A DNA stretch of 64,000 nt from Macrostomum lignano (Eukaryota), in NCBI GenBank assembly GCA_002269645.1, contig NIVC01000121.1, positions 372,001 through 436,000 on the forward strand, in the 5' to 3' direction. Shown one piece after another: positions 38,101 through 49,779 of this stretch; positions within the stretch are counted from its first letter, which is position 1; each line of letters begins with the position of its first letter. The translations under genes were made by a program, and so were the position numbers. The notes below the pieces were generated by a model, which saw nothing but the letters and a program-made list of their open reading frames with translations, was not told the DNA's origin and ran no database searches.

Positions 38101-38192
38101 CCAGACGGACCCGCTACTGAGGCGGCCGCGGCGGCGGCTGCTGCTGCGGCCTGAGCAGCTCGCGGAGACGGGCGGATGCCGGGGGAGTGCAT
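32168..38192 (-). CDS. CDK8: Cyclin-dependent kinase 8 (Mediator kinase); exons 38192-37611, 34903-34521, 33829-33550, about 32446-32168 (about 507 aa)
   Basis: [42 protein letters not shown]|[60 protein letters not shown], and a Q/H-rich tail with EPAAKRGR. The first two junctions are phase-exact; the last acceptor is ambiguous (CAG run 32449-32432). Confidence 0.95.
32465..33215. repeat. 31-bp minisatellite (GATCCTTCAGTGCCTGCTGCCATTGCCCTCA), CDK8 intron 3
   Basis: Direct reading; period 31, not a multiple of 3. Confidence 0.95.
33266..33548. repeat. 23-bp minisatellite (CAACCAAGACAGCAATTCCCCAG), CDK8 intron 3, beginning at the donor
   Basis: Direct reading. Confidence 0.94.
34010..34475. 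repeat. Degenerate ~20-bp repeat (GGGAATTACGAATCAATT core), CDK8 intron 2
   Basis: Direct reading. Confidence 0.85.
35010..35965. repeat. 29-30-bp minisatellite (GGGGTCAGAGTGACACTAAAAGGGGACAT), CDK8 intron 1
   Basis: Direct reading. Confidence 0.95.
36428..37560. repeat. 20-21-bp minisatellite (CTGTAGGGCTGCTGTACACC), CDK8 intron 1
   Basis: Direct reading. Confidence 0.95.
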
Positions 38193-38321
38193 GGCGCCAG
38201 CGATTCGAGAGGGGGGTGGGCGGTGTGAGGGGCGAGTGCAGCTGAGATAGTCCTGCTTGTAGCTGAGCTGACGTACTGTTAGGCACAGGGCTGAGAGGGG
38301 GGGGCAGGAAGGAGAGGGAGT

Positions 38322-38802
38322 CAGGGGTGAGAGGGAGACAGGGGTGAGAGGGAGACAGGGGTGAGAGGGAGACAGGGGTGAGAGGGAGACAGGGGTAAGA
38401 GGGAGACAGGGGTGAGAGGGAGACAGGGGTGAGAGGGAGACAGGGGTGAGAGGGAGACAGGGGTGAGAGGGAGACAGGGGTGAGAGGGAGACAGGGGTGA
38501 GAGGGAGACAGGGGTGAGAGGGACACAGGGGTGAGAGGGAGACAGGGGTGAGAGGGAGACAGGGGTGAGAGGGAGACAGGGGTGAGAGGGAGACAGGGGT
38601 GAGAGGGAGACAGGGGTGAGAGGGAGACAGGGGTGAGAGGGAGACAGGGGTGAGAGAGAGACAGGGGTGAGAGGGACACAGGGGTAAGAGGAAGACAGGG
38701 GTTAGAGGGAGACAGGGGTGAGAGGGAGACAGGGGTGAGAGGGAGACAGGGGTGAGAAGGAGACAGAGGTTAGAGGGAGACAGGGGTGTGAGGGACACAG
38801 GG
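38322..38802. repeat. 17-bp purine-rich minisatellite (GGGGTGAGAGGGAGACA) upstream of CDK8
   Basis: Direct reading. Confidence 0.95.
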
Positions 38803-39664
38803 TGATGATAAGCATTCTCAAACTACTCTCAAACGAAGAAGCATACGCAAACAAAGGTGAAATAAATAAATTCTGACTGATATAACAGTTTTATTATAAT
38901 CAAAGTTTAGAGTTAAAACAGAGCAATAGAAGAAAGTGCATGGATTTATGTATCAATTCACACAAAAATTATAATAGAATTTTACTAATCATAGTCGCAA
39001 TGCTACTTGTAAGTTAATAGGCATAAACAGGGTACACAGCCCCCCCCAACCCTAGAGACCAACTGAGCTAATAATGTAATATAAAGTACAGCGTAGTCTA
39101 TTATAGAAAACAAGGTACTCAAGATAATTACAGGATGAAGAACAGCTACTGATGACACGCACAGTAGATATCGACATATTAAATAATTGTGAGCAATCTA
39201 TTTAATTATATAAACAATTGCGAAAAAAGATGACCTGGAGCCAAATCAAACAACAATAAAAGTTTATCCACACAAAGCAGGCTACTGGCCAACAAAAAGC
39301 AGTAAGCTACTCAGTTTGCCCATTGATAGTAGCATGATAAGCGTGTGACACAAATTCAGAAGGGAAAGACTTAATAAAAAAATTATACAAATTAAAATTT
39401 GAAGCTAAAATAAACTGTATTAATATATTGTTATATAGCCTTTTCTTATGCTGCTATGCCAGCAATTTATTAATATACTGTATATCTACAAATTGACGTT
39501 TAAGTAGAAACATTTTCGAGTACAGAAGCGTAGAAGCCATCGATAAACAGATCCCACACCAAAGAGAGGCATAGAGTGAAAGAACGAACAGTAATCATAA
39601 AAATGGTGCGAGAAATACATGCGAATTTTATTGCAGTATGTTATCACACATCAGGGAAGTTATT

Positions 39665-40396
39665 TCAGAGGGGAGAGGGCGACTCTCATGGGGCGGATTT
39701 CAAAGGGGAGAGGGCGATTCTCAAGGGGCGGATTTCAGAGAGGAGAGGGCGACTCTCAACGGGCGGATTATAGAGAGGAGAGGGCGACTCTCATGGGGTG
39801 GATTTCAGAGGGGAGAGGGCGATTCTCAAGGGGCGGATTTCAGAGAGGAGAGGGCGACTCTCAACGGGCGGATTTCAGAGGGAGAAGGCGATTCTTAAGG
39901 GGCGGATTTCAGAGGGAGAAGGCGATTCTCAAGGGGCGGATTTCAAAGGGGAGAGAGCGACTCTCAAGGGGCGGATTTCAAAGGGGAGAGGGCGACTCTC
40001 AAGGGGCGGATTTCAAAGGGGAGAGAGCGACTCTCAAGGGGCGGATTTCAAAGGGGAGAGAGCGACTCTCAAGGGGCGGATTTCAAAGGGGAGAGGGCGA
40101 CTCTCAAGGGGCGGATTTCAAAGGGGAGAGGGCGACTCTCAAGGGGCGGATTTCAAAGGGGAGAGGGCGATTCTCAAGGGGCGGATTTCAGAGGGGAGAG
40201 GGCGATTCTAAAGGGGCGGATTTCAAAGGGGAGAGAGCGACTCTCAAGGGGCGGATTTCAAAGGGGAGAGGGCGACTCTCAAGGGGCGGATTTCAAAGGG
40301 GAGAGGGCGACTCTCAAGGGGCGGATTTCAAAGGGGAGAGGGCGATTCTCAAGGGGCGGATTTCAGAGGGGAGAGGGCGATTCTAAAGGGGCGGAT
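39665..40396. repeat. 35-bp minisatellite (GGGGCGGATTTCAAAGGGGAGAGGGCGACTCTCAA) between Topors and CDK8
   Basis: Direct reading. Confidence 0.95.
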
Positions 40397-40615
40397 TTTT
40401 TAAATTGTTTAAGAATCCTTGTTCAATAAAACAAATTTGAAGCTCCATACTGATTGATTGAATTACACATTCATAAAGAAATAATGAAAAGGACCTAGGA
40501 AAGCAATTCGGCCTTTGGGAACAGAACGGGAATAGTCTATATACTTATAGATGCATGCAATGGACATACAAATCAATTTGAAAGTGTGCAGGGTCTAGCA
40601 GGGTCCGATAGATCA

Positions 40616-43600
40616 TCAATCGTCTCCAACGTCTCCGTCTTGTTGAACAGCCGGCACCGAGGCTTGAGAAGGAGAAGAAGCAGCGGGCGCTGGCATTTCC
40701 GAGGCGCCATTTTCGCGCCGTCGGCGCCTCAGCAGTCGGCGCCGACTGGGCAGCCAGCCGGAGCCGTCGCGGGGTAGGTCTTCGCCGCTGACGACGTCCA
40801 AGTCATCAAATAGCGGTCGCCAACGAGTCGTTGTTGTTCTTCTTGTTGTTGTTGTCGTCGATACCGACTGAGATGAAGAAGACGCCGAGGCCAATGAGGC
40901 GATGCGCACCTCGCCCCGAGCTGCCGCCGCATTAGCCGTAGGAGCTGTTGGAGTCGCATTGAGCAGGTGGGACAGCAGCGGCGTAGCGGCAATCGGATCC
41001 CTAACTGGGCTTCGGCGCTTTGGCGTGTTCAAAATATTCGACCGTCTCTGCTGAGACGATGAAGCATCGGAAGCAGAAGACGCCCCGGCAGCAGAAGTTG
41101 ATAAAGGCGACGGCCTGCTATCATTGGCATCTGGCAGAGGCGGAGAAGCTGCCGACGAAGAAGACGACGAGACAGCAACTGCAGCGGCGGCAGCTGCGGC
41201 TACAACAGCTTCGAATGGCGCTAGCAGTGCCGCTCCTAAGAAATTAAAGTCGCCACTGCTATTATCAGTAGTATTGGTAGCGTTAGTTGACTGTCTACCG
41301 CTAGTCGATGTTGTAGAATAGTCAACGCCGTTCGGTGGCCAAGGACTGGACGGCCTTCGTCGATGCTGCTGCTGCTGCTGTTGATCTCTGTTCTGCTCCC
41401 TGGCATCAAATAAGTCGTTACTGAATTGCCAACTAACCGAATGCAGCAACTGCATGTAGTTAATAACGCCGCTGCTGCTACTATTACTGCTACTGCCACT
41501 TCCAGTAGTATCAGAAGCATTTAAACCAGCCGAAACCTGGCGTTCGCTGGCGGCGGCTAGGCGAGTCAGAATCATCGGCCGTTGACGCGGAGTCAGCGCG
41601 GTGAAATCGCGTTCACCCGGGCTGAGCGGCGACTCGACGTCTGGCTCCAGCGGTGTCGGTCCCGGCCGGACGTTCCTGGCCACTCGTTTGAGCTCGACGC
41701 TTAGCAAAGGATCATTATCCTCTAGTTGATTGTGCTCTTTAATATCGCCATCATCAACTCGGACGTACTTCACCGCGGCATCGTACTGAGCCAGAGTTGG
41801 CTGACAGTCAACAGCCCCAGAGAAATGCGCCAGATGAACGCAGAACAGCCGGCCATGGCGGCCTAAATACGCTTTGGCTAGTCTGTGAAACACGGCCGAG
41901 TCCAGTTCGTGATAAGCTACTAATCGGAGCAGATGGTGCACGATTCTCTGCATGGAGAAGGAGTCATAGCGGGTCAGCGTGCGAAGCTCGCGAAGGAGGA
42001 ACGGCACCAAGCGATGGCGTTCAGCTTCGTTGGTTTCGAAGCGAGCGGCCGTGACTTGGACGGCTTGGGGGTCCGGCACCGGGCGGAACCCGCGCAGGTA
42101 CAGCAGGTGACGGTTCGAACTGGTTAGGGGACACGGCAGCGGCTGGTCCGAGTCTGCCGAGTTAGAAAGGGGATAGGGATTCTGCGCGTGAGAACTTCTG
42201 GCAATGTCGATTGGAGTCTGAGGCTGGTGGCCCAGCAACTGAGGATCTGGGAGGCTGGTGGCCCAGCAACTGAGGATCTGGGAGGCTGGTGGCCCAGCAA
42301 CTGAGGATCTGGGAGGCTGACCCAGCAACTGAGGATATGGGAGGCTGATGGACCAGCAACTGAGGATCTGGGAGGCCAACTCAGCAACTGAGGATCTGGG
42401 AGGCTGGTCCAGCAACTGAGGATCTGGGAGGCTGGTGCAGCAACTGAGGATCTGGGAGGCTGATGGACCAGCAACTGAGGATCTGGGAGGCTGACTCAGC
42501 AACTGAGGATCTGGGAGGCTGGCCCAGCAACTAAGAATCTGGGAGGATGGCCCAGCAACTGAGGATCTGGGAGGCTGACCCAGCAACTGAGGATCTGGGA
42601 GGCTGATGGACCAGCAACTGAGGATCTGGGAGGCTGACTCAGCAACTGAGGATCTGGGAGGCTGGCCCAGCAACTAAGAATCTGGGAGGATGGCCCAGCA
42701 ACTGAGGATCTGGGAGGCTGGTGGCCCAGCAACTGAGGATCTGGGAGGCTGATGGACCAGCAACTGAGGATCTGGGAGGCTGATGGACCAGCAACTGAGG
42801 ATCTGGGAGGCTGACCCAGCAGCTGAGGATATGATAGGTAGCGAGAAACTGAGATAAATATAGCTTCCAAACCAAATGATTGGGAACACATGGGTTAAGA
42901 ATCTGTGCCAGAATCCCCTAGCAACAACTCACCTCCGATCTCCTGTTCCTCTTCGTATGGCAGTGCAGCGTCTCTGCTGGCGGTGAGTTCATCTTGGCTA
43001 AGCCTAAACTGCCGTTGCTGAGGAGAAAATTCGAACATGCTCAGATGCTGCTGCTGCTGGATAGAGACGCTCTGCCACACAGGCAGTTCAGCGGCTTGCA
43101 AACCGGGGAAACGATTTGGCCGGGAAATATCCGGTTGCTGCTGCTGCTGCTGCTGCGGTTGAGCTCGCCTAGGCGACTCAAGCTCGGCTAAATCCTCCCG
43201 ATCTAAGAACGGTCTGTAGAGATGAAACGGTCCAGCCCGACTAGTGAACAGAGGAGCATTATTAGGATTATTGCCCAGAGTCCACACCGGGGGCGGAGCC
43301 GGAGGCAGCGGCAGCGGCACCGGGTACTCATCGTAGTCGCTGTCGCTTCTAACATTATGAATAATAGTAGTAAAAGTACATTTGCACTGCGGGCACTCGG
43401 GTTTACGCTTGGCCCATTCTAACAGGCATCCGAAACAGTAACGATGCAGGCAGGACCAAGTATAGGACGGGTCCACCGGATCGCACAGGCAGATTGCGCA
43501 CCGATCAGTCTGCACTGTCAACTGTTGCCGACTTCGCTTTGTACAGCTGGGAGTGCAGTCCTCTTTGTCAGCACTGTCTGGCTCGCTAGGTTCGGCAGCG

Positions 43601-43722
43601 TCGCTTTGATGCAATGATCGGCGCAGTTTTCGTCGGACTTCGACGCTACCAGAAGTGGCGCAATCGGCTGTTGAACTCGACGAAGCCACCGTGGGTGCCG
43701 CTGAACTGTCGCTGGACGACAT
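40616..43722 (-). CDS. TOPORS: Topors-like RING-finger E3 ubiquitin/SUMO ligase; exons 43722-42933, 42153-40616 (775 aa)
   Basis: C3HC4 RING CAICL...SCLHRYCFGCLLEW...PECPQCK..FTTIIHNVRSD.DY.EY, and the Topors-type HRLVPFL.REL segment in exon 2. Phase-1 donor GGA G|GTGAGT joins TTTCTAACTCGGCAG|AC (branch-point-like CTAAC) in frame. Confidence 0.88.
42222..42830. repeat. 27-31-bp minisatellite (CCAGCAACTGAGGATCTGGGAGGCTG core), Topors intron
   Basis: Direct reading. Confidence 0.94.
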
Positions 43723-43849
43723 TCGCGACTGGGGAGCTTAAATATTGAGAATAAAAGGGCTGGGTTTTTTGAGGAAACAAATATCCCAACATCTGCACTC
43801 TACCACCTTAAATGTAAAACTCAAATTAAATGGTAACCTATAAGGTATC

Positions 43850-44105
43850 TTAGCTCGACCACAGCTATTGCACAGCACATCTGAAGGCTACATATGGCTG
43901 TTCATTCCACGGACTGGGAAGGAAGGGTTGCCATACTCAACCTCAATTATCCTAGCTAATGCTGGTATAACTATTTTATAGCTGGATGAGATGAAGCAAT
44001 GCAAAGTAAAATGTTTTGCTTCAGGACACAAATTGTAATAGAGGGACTGGAATTCAAACCCCAACTTTCAAGTTATAGGTGGGATGCTCTAACTACTAGA
44101 CTATA
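43850..44105 (-). mobile_element. Old diverged copy of the tRNA-derived SINE, upstream of Topors
   Basis: Collinear similarity to 19660-19985 (CAGCTATTGC..CACATCTGAAGGCT...CTAGCTAATGCTGG...GAAGCAATGC...AGGACACAAAT). Confidence 0.7.
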
Positions 44106-45769
44106 ATCAACTCCAATGCTTTCAAAATAAATGTATATTCTTGACTTTTATTGACACAGAAAATGGGCCCATAATCCTGACTTTATAGGTCTATGTCACA
44201 GCCAGTCAATCTAGCCAATAGAAACCTTAGTTGGCCAAGGGTAAGTTACAAATTTAACAACTAAAACATAAAAGATAAAAATAAAAAAATACATAAGAAA
44301 CTAAAAAACTTATAGGAAAAGAAAAAATCACTATAGAAAAAAAAGACAAAAATGATTAAGCAAAATGCACAAAAGATTAGAGACAACAGCTATTTTTTAT
44401 AGCCAAAGTTAAAAGCCATTGTACATTATGTGTTTAAATTAACATAGACATGGCTACTTTTTTATTAGGATTCGAGTTGTTTTGGTGACAAGCACATGTC
44501 ATTTTGGCGTGGTGACAAGAAAAAGACCCTTTCTGATAAGAGCCTTTCTGTTTTCAAACAGAAAACTACCTTGCCAATCTTAAGGAATATTAAACCTAAA
44601 ATTTTTAATTTTCTGAAATGGTTTCAGTAGCTTTAGCTCCAATGGTTTTAGCTTCATTTTAATTTTGTTTATTTATAATAACAGAGTTGCAATCTTTTGA
44701 ATTCATGTTTTCTAAAACCAATGAATATTTGTTTTTTTTTAGTTGATATTGCATGAAGATTTGGTTTAGTTTGGTTTATTTAGGGTTTGTGTGTCTGAAT
44801 ATTCTGAAACAATCTAAAACAATCTGCATAAAAAAACAATATAGCTTGTTTGATTTCTTTTCAAAATATACTATGTCTTAATGGAATTTTCGAATAAGTA
44901 CAAAACATAAATCTTAACCAAATAACTACAAGCTGATACTATGAAGTTACCTCTTTTTACTAAAATGACTATACTCATTAAATCATTAAATCTTCCTATT
45001 TATCACAATAGCAACTTGTCACTGAAATTACTATTTATTACCAAAATGTTTATCACCAAAATGACCAGCACCTTGTTTATTAGAGATTAGACAAGATCTT
45101 AATCTTCAATTGATATTTAATATTATTAACATTTCAAAACTGATGATTTGAAGCTTCGCATAAGCCATAAGGATATATACTAATCTAATACTAATATTTA
45201 GTATACATTGGCATGGTATCCATGCTTTTTGGTGCCTGTGCTTTTCAGTGCCTGGGATTTCAGTGCCCTAGCTTGCTTTTTGGTGCCCAAATTATACATT
45301 AGAATTAGACACAAAATATAGAAATTGAGCTCTAACTTAGCAGTAAGTGCTTTGTCTTTACAGTACTTATTTACTTAAAAAAACTGAGGTATTATTTATT
45401 TTGTTAAGCTGATCTGGTGTTTTAATTCAAAAATGGTTTTCGATTACTCGATTTGATTTACTTCTATGTTGCTATAGCCGCGCATCTCAGCCATGTCAAA
45501 ATTTTAAACTAATGCCCCAAATGCGCTTCTAATGAAATCTTATAGATTATGGTCCAATAGTTATGCCCCAAAAGATTTCAGTTCATTTACTCACTTTATT
45601 TCCTAGGCAGTTTTATAAAATAAAACATGATTGTATAATTCAAAAAATCAATACTAACTAAAATACATGTAGACTTGTCACATTTCATAATTTTGATCAA
45701 AAGTATATGTAGCATTGCTGATGGATTTTAACTTTACCTAACTACTTTACCTACCTAACTATTAAATTT

Positions 45770-46260
45770 CACAAGGTCAAAATTTCATAAAATTGAAACT
45801 CAAATAGCAACCATTTTCACAAGGTCAAAATTTCACAACATCGAAAACTCTAGCAGAAGACTTCATAAGGTCAAAATTTCACAACATTGAAAATTTAATA
45901 AAACAAGAACCATATATTAGTTTTCTACTTATGAAATTTTGACCTTATGAAGTCCTTCGTTAAAGTTTTCAATGTTGTAAAATTTCAACCTTGTAAAGTT
46001 TTGACCTTGTGAAAGTGGTTGCTATATTTGAGTTTTTGATGTTTTAAAAATTTCAACCTTGTGAAATTATGACCTTATGAAATCTTTTGCTAAAGTTTTT
46101 GATGTTGTGAAATTTCGACCTTTGTGAAGTTTTAACCTTATGAAAATGTTGCTATTTGAGTTTTTGATGTTATGAAATTTTGACCTTGTAAAATTTCGAT
46201 CTTGTGAAAGAAGGTGCTTTCAACGTTATGAAATTTTGAGTTTGTGAAATACCCTCGCCC
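45770..46260. mobile_element. Foldback-like element built from inverted AAGGTCAAAATTTCACAAC sub-repeats
   Basis: Left arm has repeated AAGGTCAAAATTTCA; right arm has repeated TGAAATTTTGACCTT. No TSD found. Confidence 0.6.
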
Positions 46261-46606
46261 CTTTGTATGCCAAGTTGTATGCCAATGGTGTAAATTCTAG
46301 CATACATATATACCATCTGGAGTCTGGCTTCATGGCACTAGCACACTTGCTGAGTGCAACTAGCTTGTATTATATATATAGGATACAGCAAATGCATGCA
46401 ATTAGGCCTAAATTGACCAGATTTTTCCAAATTTTAGAAACATGCCAGTTTAATAAAATGAATACTGCTTTTATTTGGAATATTGAATGTTTTGCAAAGT
46501 AGTTATTATATTTGTTATAGGATTTCTTTTTTATTATCATTGGCCTAATTTTGGCATAGTAAACTGGGGCACCAAAAGGCAACCTTGGCCTTGGGTACCA
46601 AAATGC

Positions 46607-47004
46607 CCATAGTCGGGAAGGTGGCACAGTGTGCGCTGGAACTATTTTGATGGCTTTTGAGCACTGTGCGCCATGCGCCATGAAGAAAAGATTTTGTGCG
46701 CCACAGCGCGCCATGATAAGGTAAGTCTAAGGTAAGGTAAGGTAAGGTAAGGAATTTACGGTAGACAAATTTGAATTTCATTTACGTATTTTATATCGTG
46801 ACTTACGTAATTTTATTTTATGAATTATGGAATTAGGCCTGACACTATATATTTTGCAAAGTATAACTATATATTTTTTCAGCGCTATGTGCGCTGCCAG
46901 AGCATTTCCAATTTTTCCTTGTATGCCATGTGTGCCGTGTGTGCCAAAAAAGGGCCAATTTGCGCCGGAAAACTCACCAAAAACTGCCACCTTCCTAGCT
47001 ATGG
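46607..47004. mobile_element. 398-bp MITE with 20-bp TIR and perfect 8-bp TSD, nested in the 45215-47052 element
   Basis: CCATAGTCGGGAAGGTGGCA ... TGCCACCTTCCTAGCTATGG, flanked by CAAAATGC at 46599-46606 and 47005-47012. Confidence 0.8.
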
Positions 47005-47424
47005 CAAAATGCTAGGCATCAAAAAGCCTAGGCACCAAAATACATGGAAACCACTGGCATAAACCAAAAAAATTGGTCATTTTTTCTAGGAAAGGCCTAG
47101 GGCCTACATATTGTTTTAAACTAGGCCTATATTGATAAGATAAAGGCCAAGGTCTTATAAAATAAAAAAATTAAGTTTGTGACAAAAAAATTATGTCTAT
47201 AAACTTTTATATGCCTTAAATCTATACTATCACTGACTTTGACTTGATACAAACTTTGAAGGTAGGCAAAAATGTTAAACAAAATTATGAAATTACAAAA
47301 ACTTAAATTAAGTAAGGATACATAGACTTTATAGACAGTTTATTTTTTATCTGGACTGTAGATTTTTGTTTAACTATTGTCATTGAGTATTGATGTTTGG
47401 TTTATTTAGGTTTGCAATTTTAGG

Positions 47425-47536
47425 GGCAATCCTGAAGATTCTTGCATTTAATTATTTTACGGAATTATTTTGCCCTCTATTCAAGGGTGGTAGGGGGTGG
47501 GGGTTATAATTAAACGCGGGAATCTTCAGGATTGCC
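47425..47536. mobile_element. 112-bp MITE with 17-bp perfect TIR and 8-bp TSD
   Basis: GGCAATCCTGAAGATTC ... GAATCTTCAGGATTGCC, flanked by ATTTTAGG on both sides (within a short local repeat). Confidence 0.75.
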
Positions 47537-49779
47537 ATTTTAGGTATGCAATTTTAGGTATGCAATTTAGGTAAGCAATTTTTTAAATAGCTAGGCCTGC
47601 CTAGTTTACTGTTTAGGGCCTATTTTATTTGATTCATTATCGTTAATGAATATAATTTTTACAATACTTAAGGCTCAAGCCAAGGATGAGGTTGTTTAAA
47701 AATTATTTAATTAGGCCTATTCTAATGGTTTCATTACTGTATGTTTTTTATATTGCAGTATGTAATTAAGGGGAGCAAGATAATTTCCTTGGCTTGGGTT
47801 TCCGATTCCGCCTAATAGCCCACAACCCAACCCATCGGCCAACCCATGCAAAGCCTGCAAGTAAGATGTGAGTTATGTGACACAAAGACTAAAGTTTTCT
47901 AGAAAACAATATTGCTAAGGGAACACTTTGCTGAAGAAAACTCCAGCGGGAAGCCCATTAGCGGGAAAACTCATAGATAGGTAATAGATTCGGCTAGTAT
48001 TTATTTAAAACATTACAGATAATAATAAAAATAAATGTTGAAGTAGTTCCAAGATAGTAGTAGTAGTAAATTTGGCTCAGGCTTAAGGAGCCTGTTTTGC
48101 CAGTATAATCCGATGTATTTAGTATTTGTTCAAAAGGTTAAATTTTTACACGAGTTACGATGCGAGTTACGATATTTGTAAAAGTAAGGTATTTGAAAGA
48201 GCGTCTAGAGTTTTTTTTTGTAAAAAGATGTAGTATTATTACGATTAACGATTATAAAGTCAGTTGAAAAAAAGTTTTTCTTTCTGAGAAATCTGCACTT
48301 ACTTTGAACAACAAGGTTGTATGTACAAGAAGAAAAACGGTTTTTTATTAGATATGAGGTAGTTACCGATTGTTATATTTCTATTAAAGTAATATATGAT
48401 ACATGCTAGAAACTAAGATAGTAGACAACTGTAACGCCATTCCTTTAGCAGTTATGCTTCTGTACTTCCATTTTCTGATAATAATCCTAAATTATAATAT
48501 CAGGGTTAACCTAACAAAAGCAGTTTTACTTTACATACTAAAGCAATTCAAGATGAAGCAAACATGGGCATATACCCAAGTTGTGCTAGAAGTGTTAGTG
48601 TTGAAAGAAACAAGACAGAAAACCTTGGTTAAAATTTAAAAACAAACAAAACGTGCGAAAAAACATTTGCTCTATGTAGAGCAAGAAACGCAAGTGTATT
48701 CTTTCGGTATTTTACTATTTTTCGTATACAAGTGTTTTATACAAGAATAGTATAGAATATAAAGGAGTGGTTATTTAGTCAATAGCTGCAGTCATGGCAA
48801 TTGGCAAAGTTGATATGAACTTGTTTACGAAATTGGAATATGGAAAATCAGTCCAAAAGTTAAGTTGTTAAGTTAAGTTGTGCGCATCGTTAAAAAACTG
48901 GAAAAAGAGTTTGAAACCGTAGCACTTATAAAAAATGGAATAAGAATTACTAAGACAAAATTATTACATGTATACCAATATAAAATCGGTGTACATTACA
49001 GATCGCAAATATATAACATACATGTATATTACATTTAACGTCCATATTCATGTACATGAGCGCTTAGATAAAACGGTAAAATTGAATATTAGTTAGGCAC
49101 ACTAAAAACTTTCAAATAGCATGACTGCTATATGTATTTGGACTTTGAACAAAAAAAATTAACAACTGCTTACAATAGACCATTACCATACCTTAACACT
49201 ACTGTAAAGCCGAAAAAAGTTGTTATAAAAAAGAATAAACTAAAATAGACCTGATTCCGAAGCCAGACAACTGAATAGCTGTAAATACCTCTTATTCTTA
49301 ACGTCCATTTCTGCATACTGTACCTGGGGGGGGGTACTAAAAATTAAAGAAAATTATCTTTTTAACAGTACTTTTCTTTGAAAGTAAAACATATTAATCT
49401 GCACAGAGGTCTAGGGATGTACATATGTACATGTACAACTGTACACTGTACTTTAGAAGTAAACACTGCACACTGTACTTTTTAGTAGCTATAAATAAAT
49501 GCGAAATTCTACTGTTTGGGGCTTCACAGAGTCGCTGAAGGCGCACCTAAATAAGTTTTAAATTTAAAATCAAATAAGACGGTGGCGTTCTGAATAGATG
49601 TAATTGGTTTAATTGATATGCGATAATAGTACAGGAGCAAATTTAATTTTGACAGCTAATAAAAAATCGATTGCTCAATGGAAAGAAAAGTACAATGATT
49701 ATATCGATAGAAAAATTAATCATGGAATTTTCACGTGTATTAACGGCATATATCTAGCACTAGCCAAGACAGCAATTTT

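Larger units (their letters stand above)
45215..47052. mobile_element. Non-autonomous TIR DNA element (~1.84 kb), GG...CC termini, 8-bp TSD; Merlin-like
   Basis: Left TIR GGTATCCATGCTTTTTGGTGCCT; right TIR (reverse complement) GGTTTCCATGTATTTTGGTGCCT; flanks ATTGGCAT (45207-45214) and ACTGGCAT (47053-47060). Confidence 0.65.

Noticed and set aside
37578-38798. 406-aa ORF suggesting a long repetitive CDK8 N-terminus
   Set aside because: The upstream half is the 17-bp array; the kinase starts near 38192.
44470-45070. Weak inverted TTGGTGACAAG/CACCAAAATGA motifs
   Set aside because: Too degenerate; no termini or TSD could be defined.
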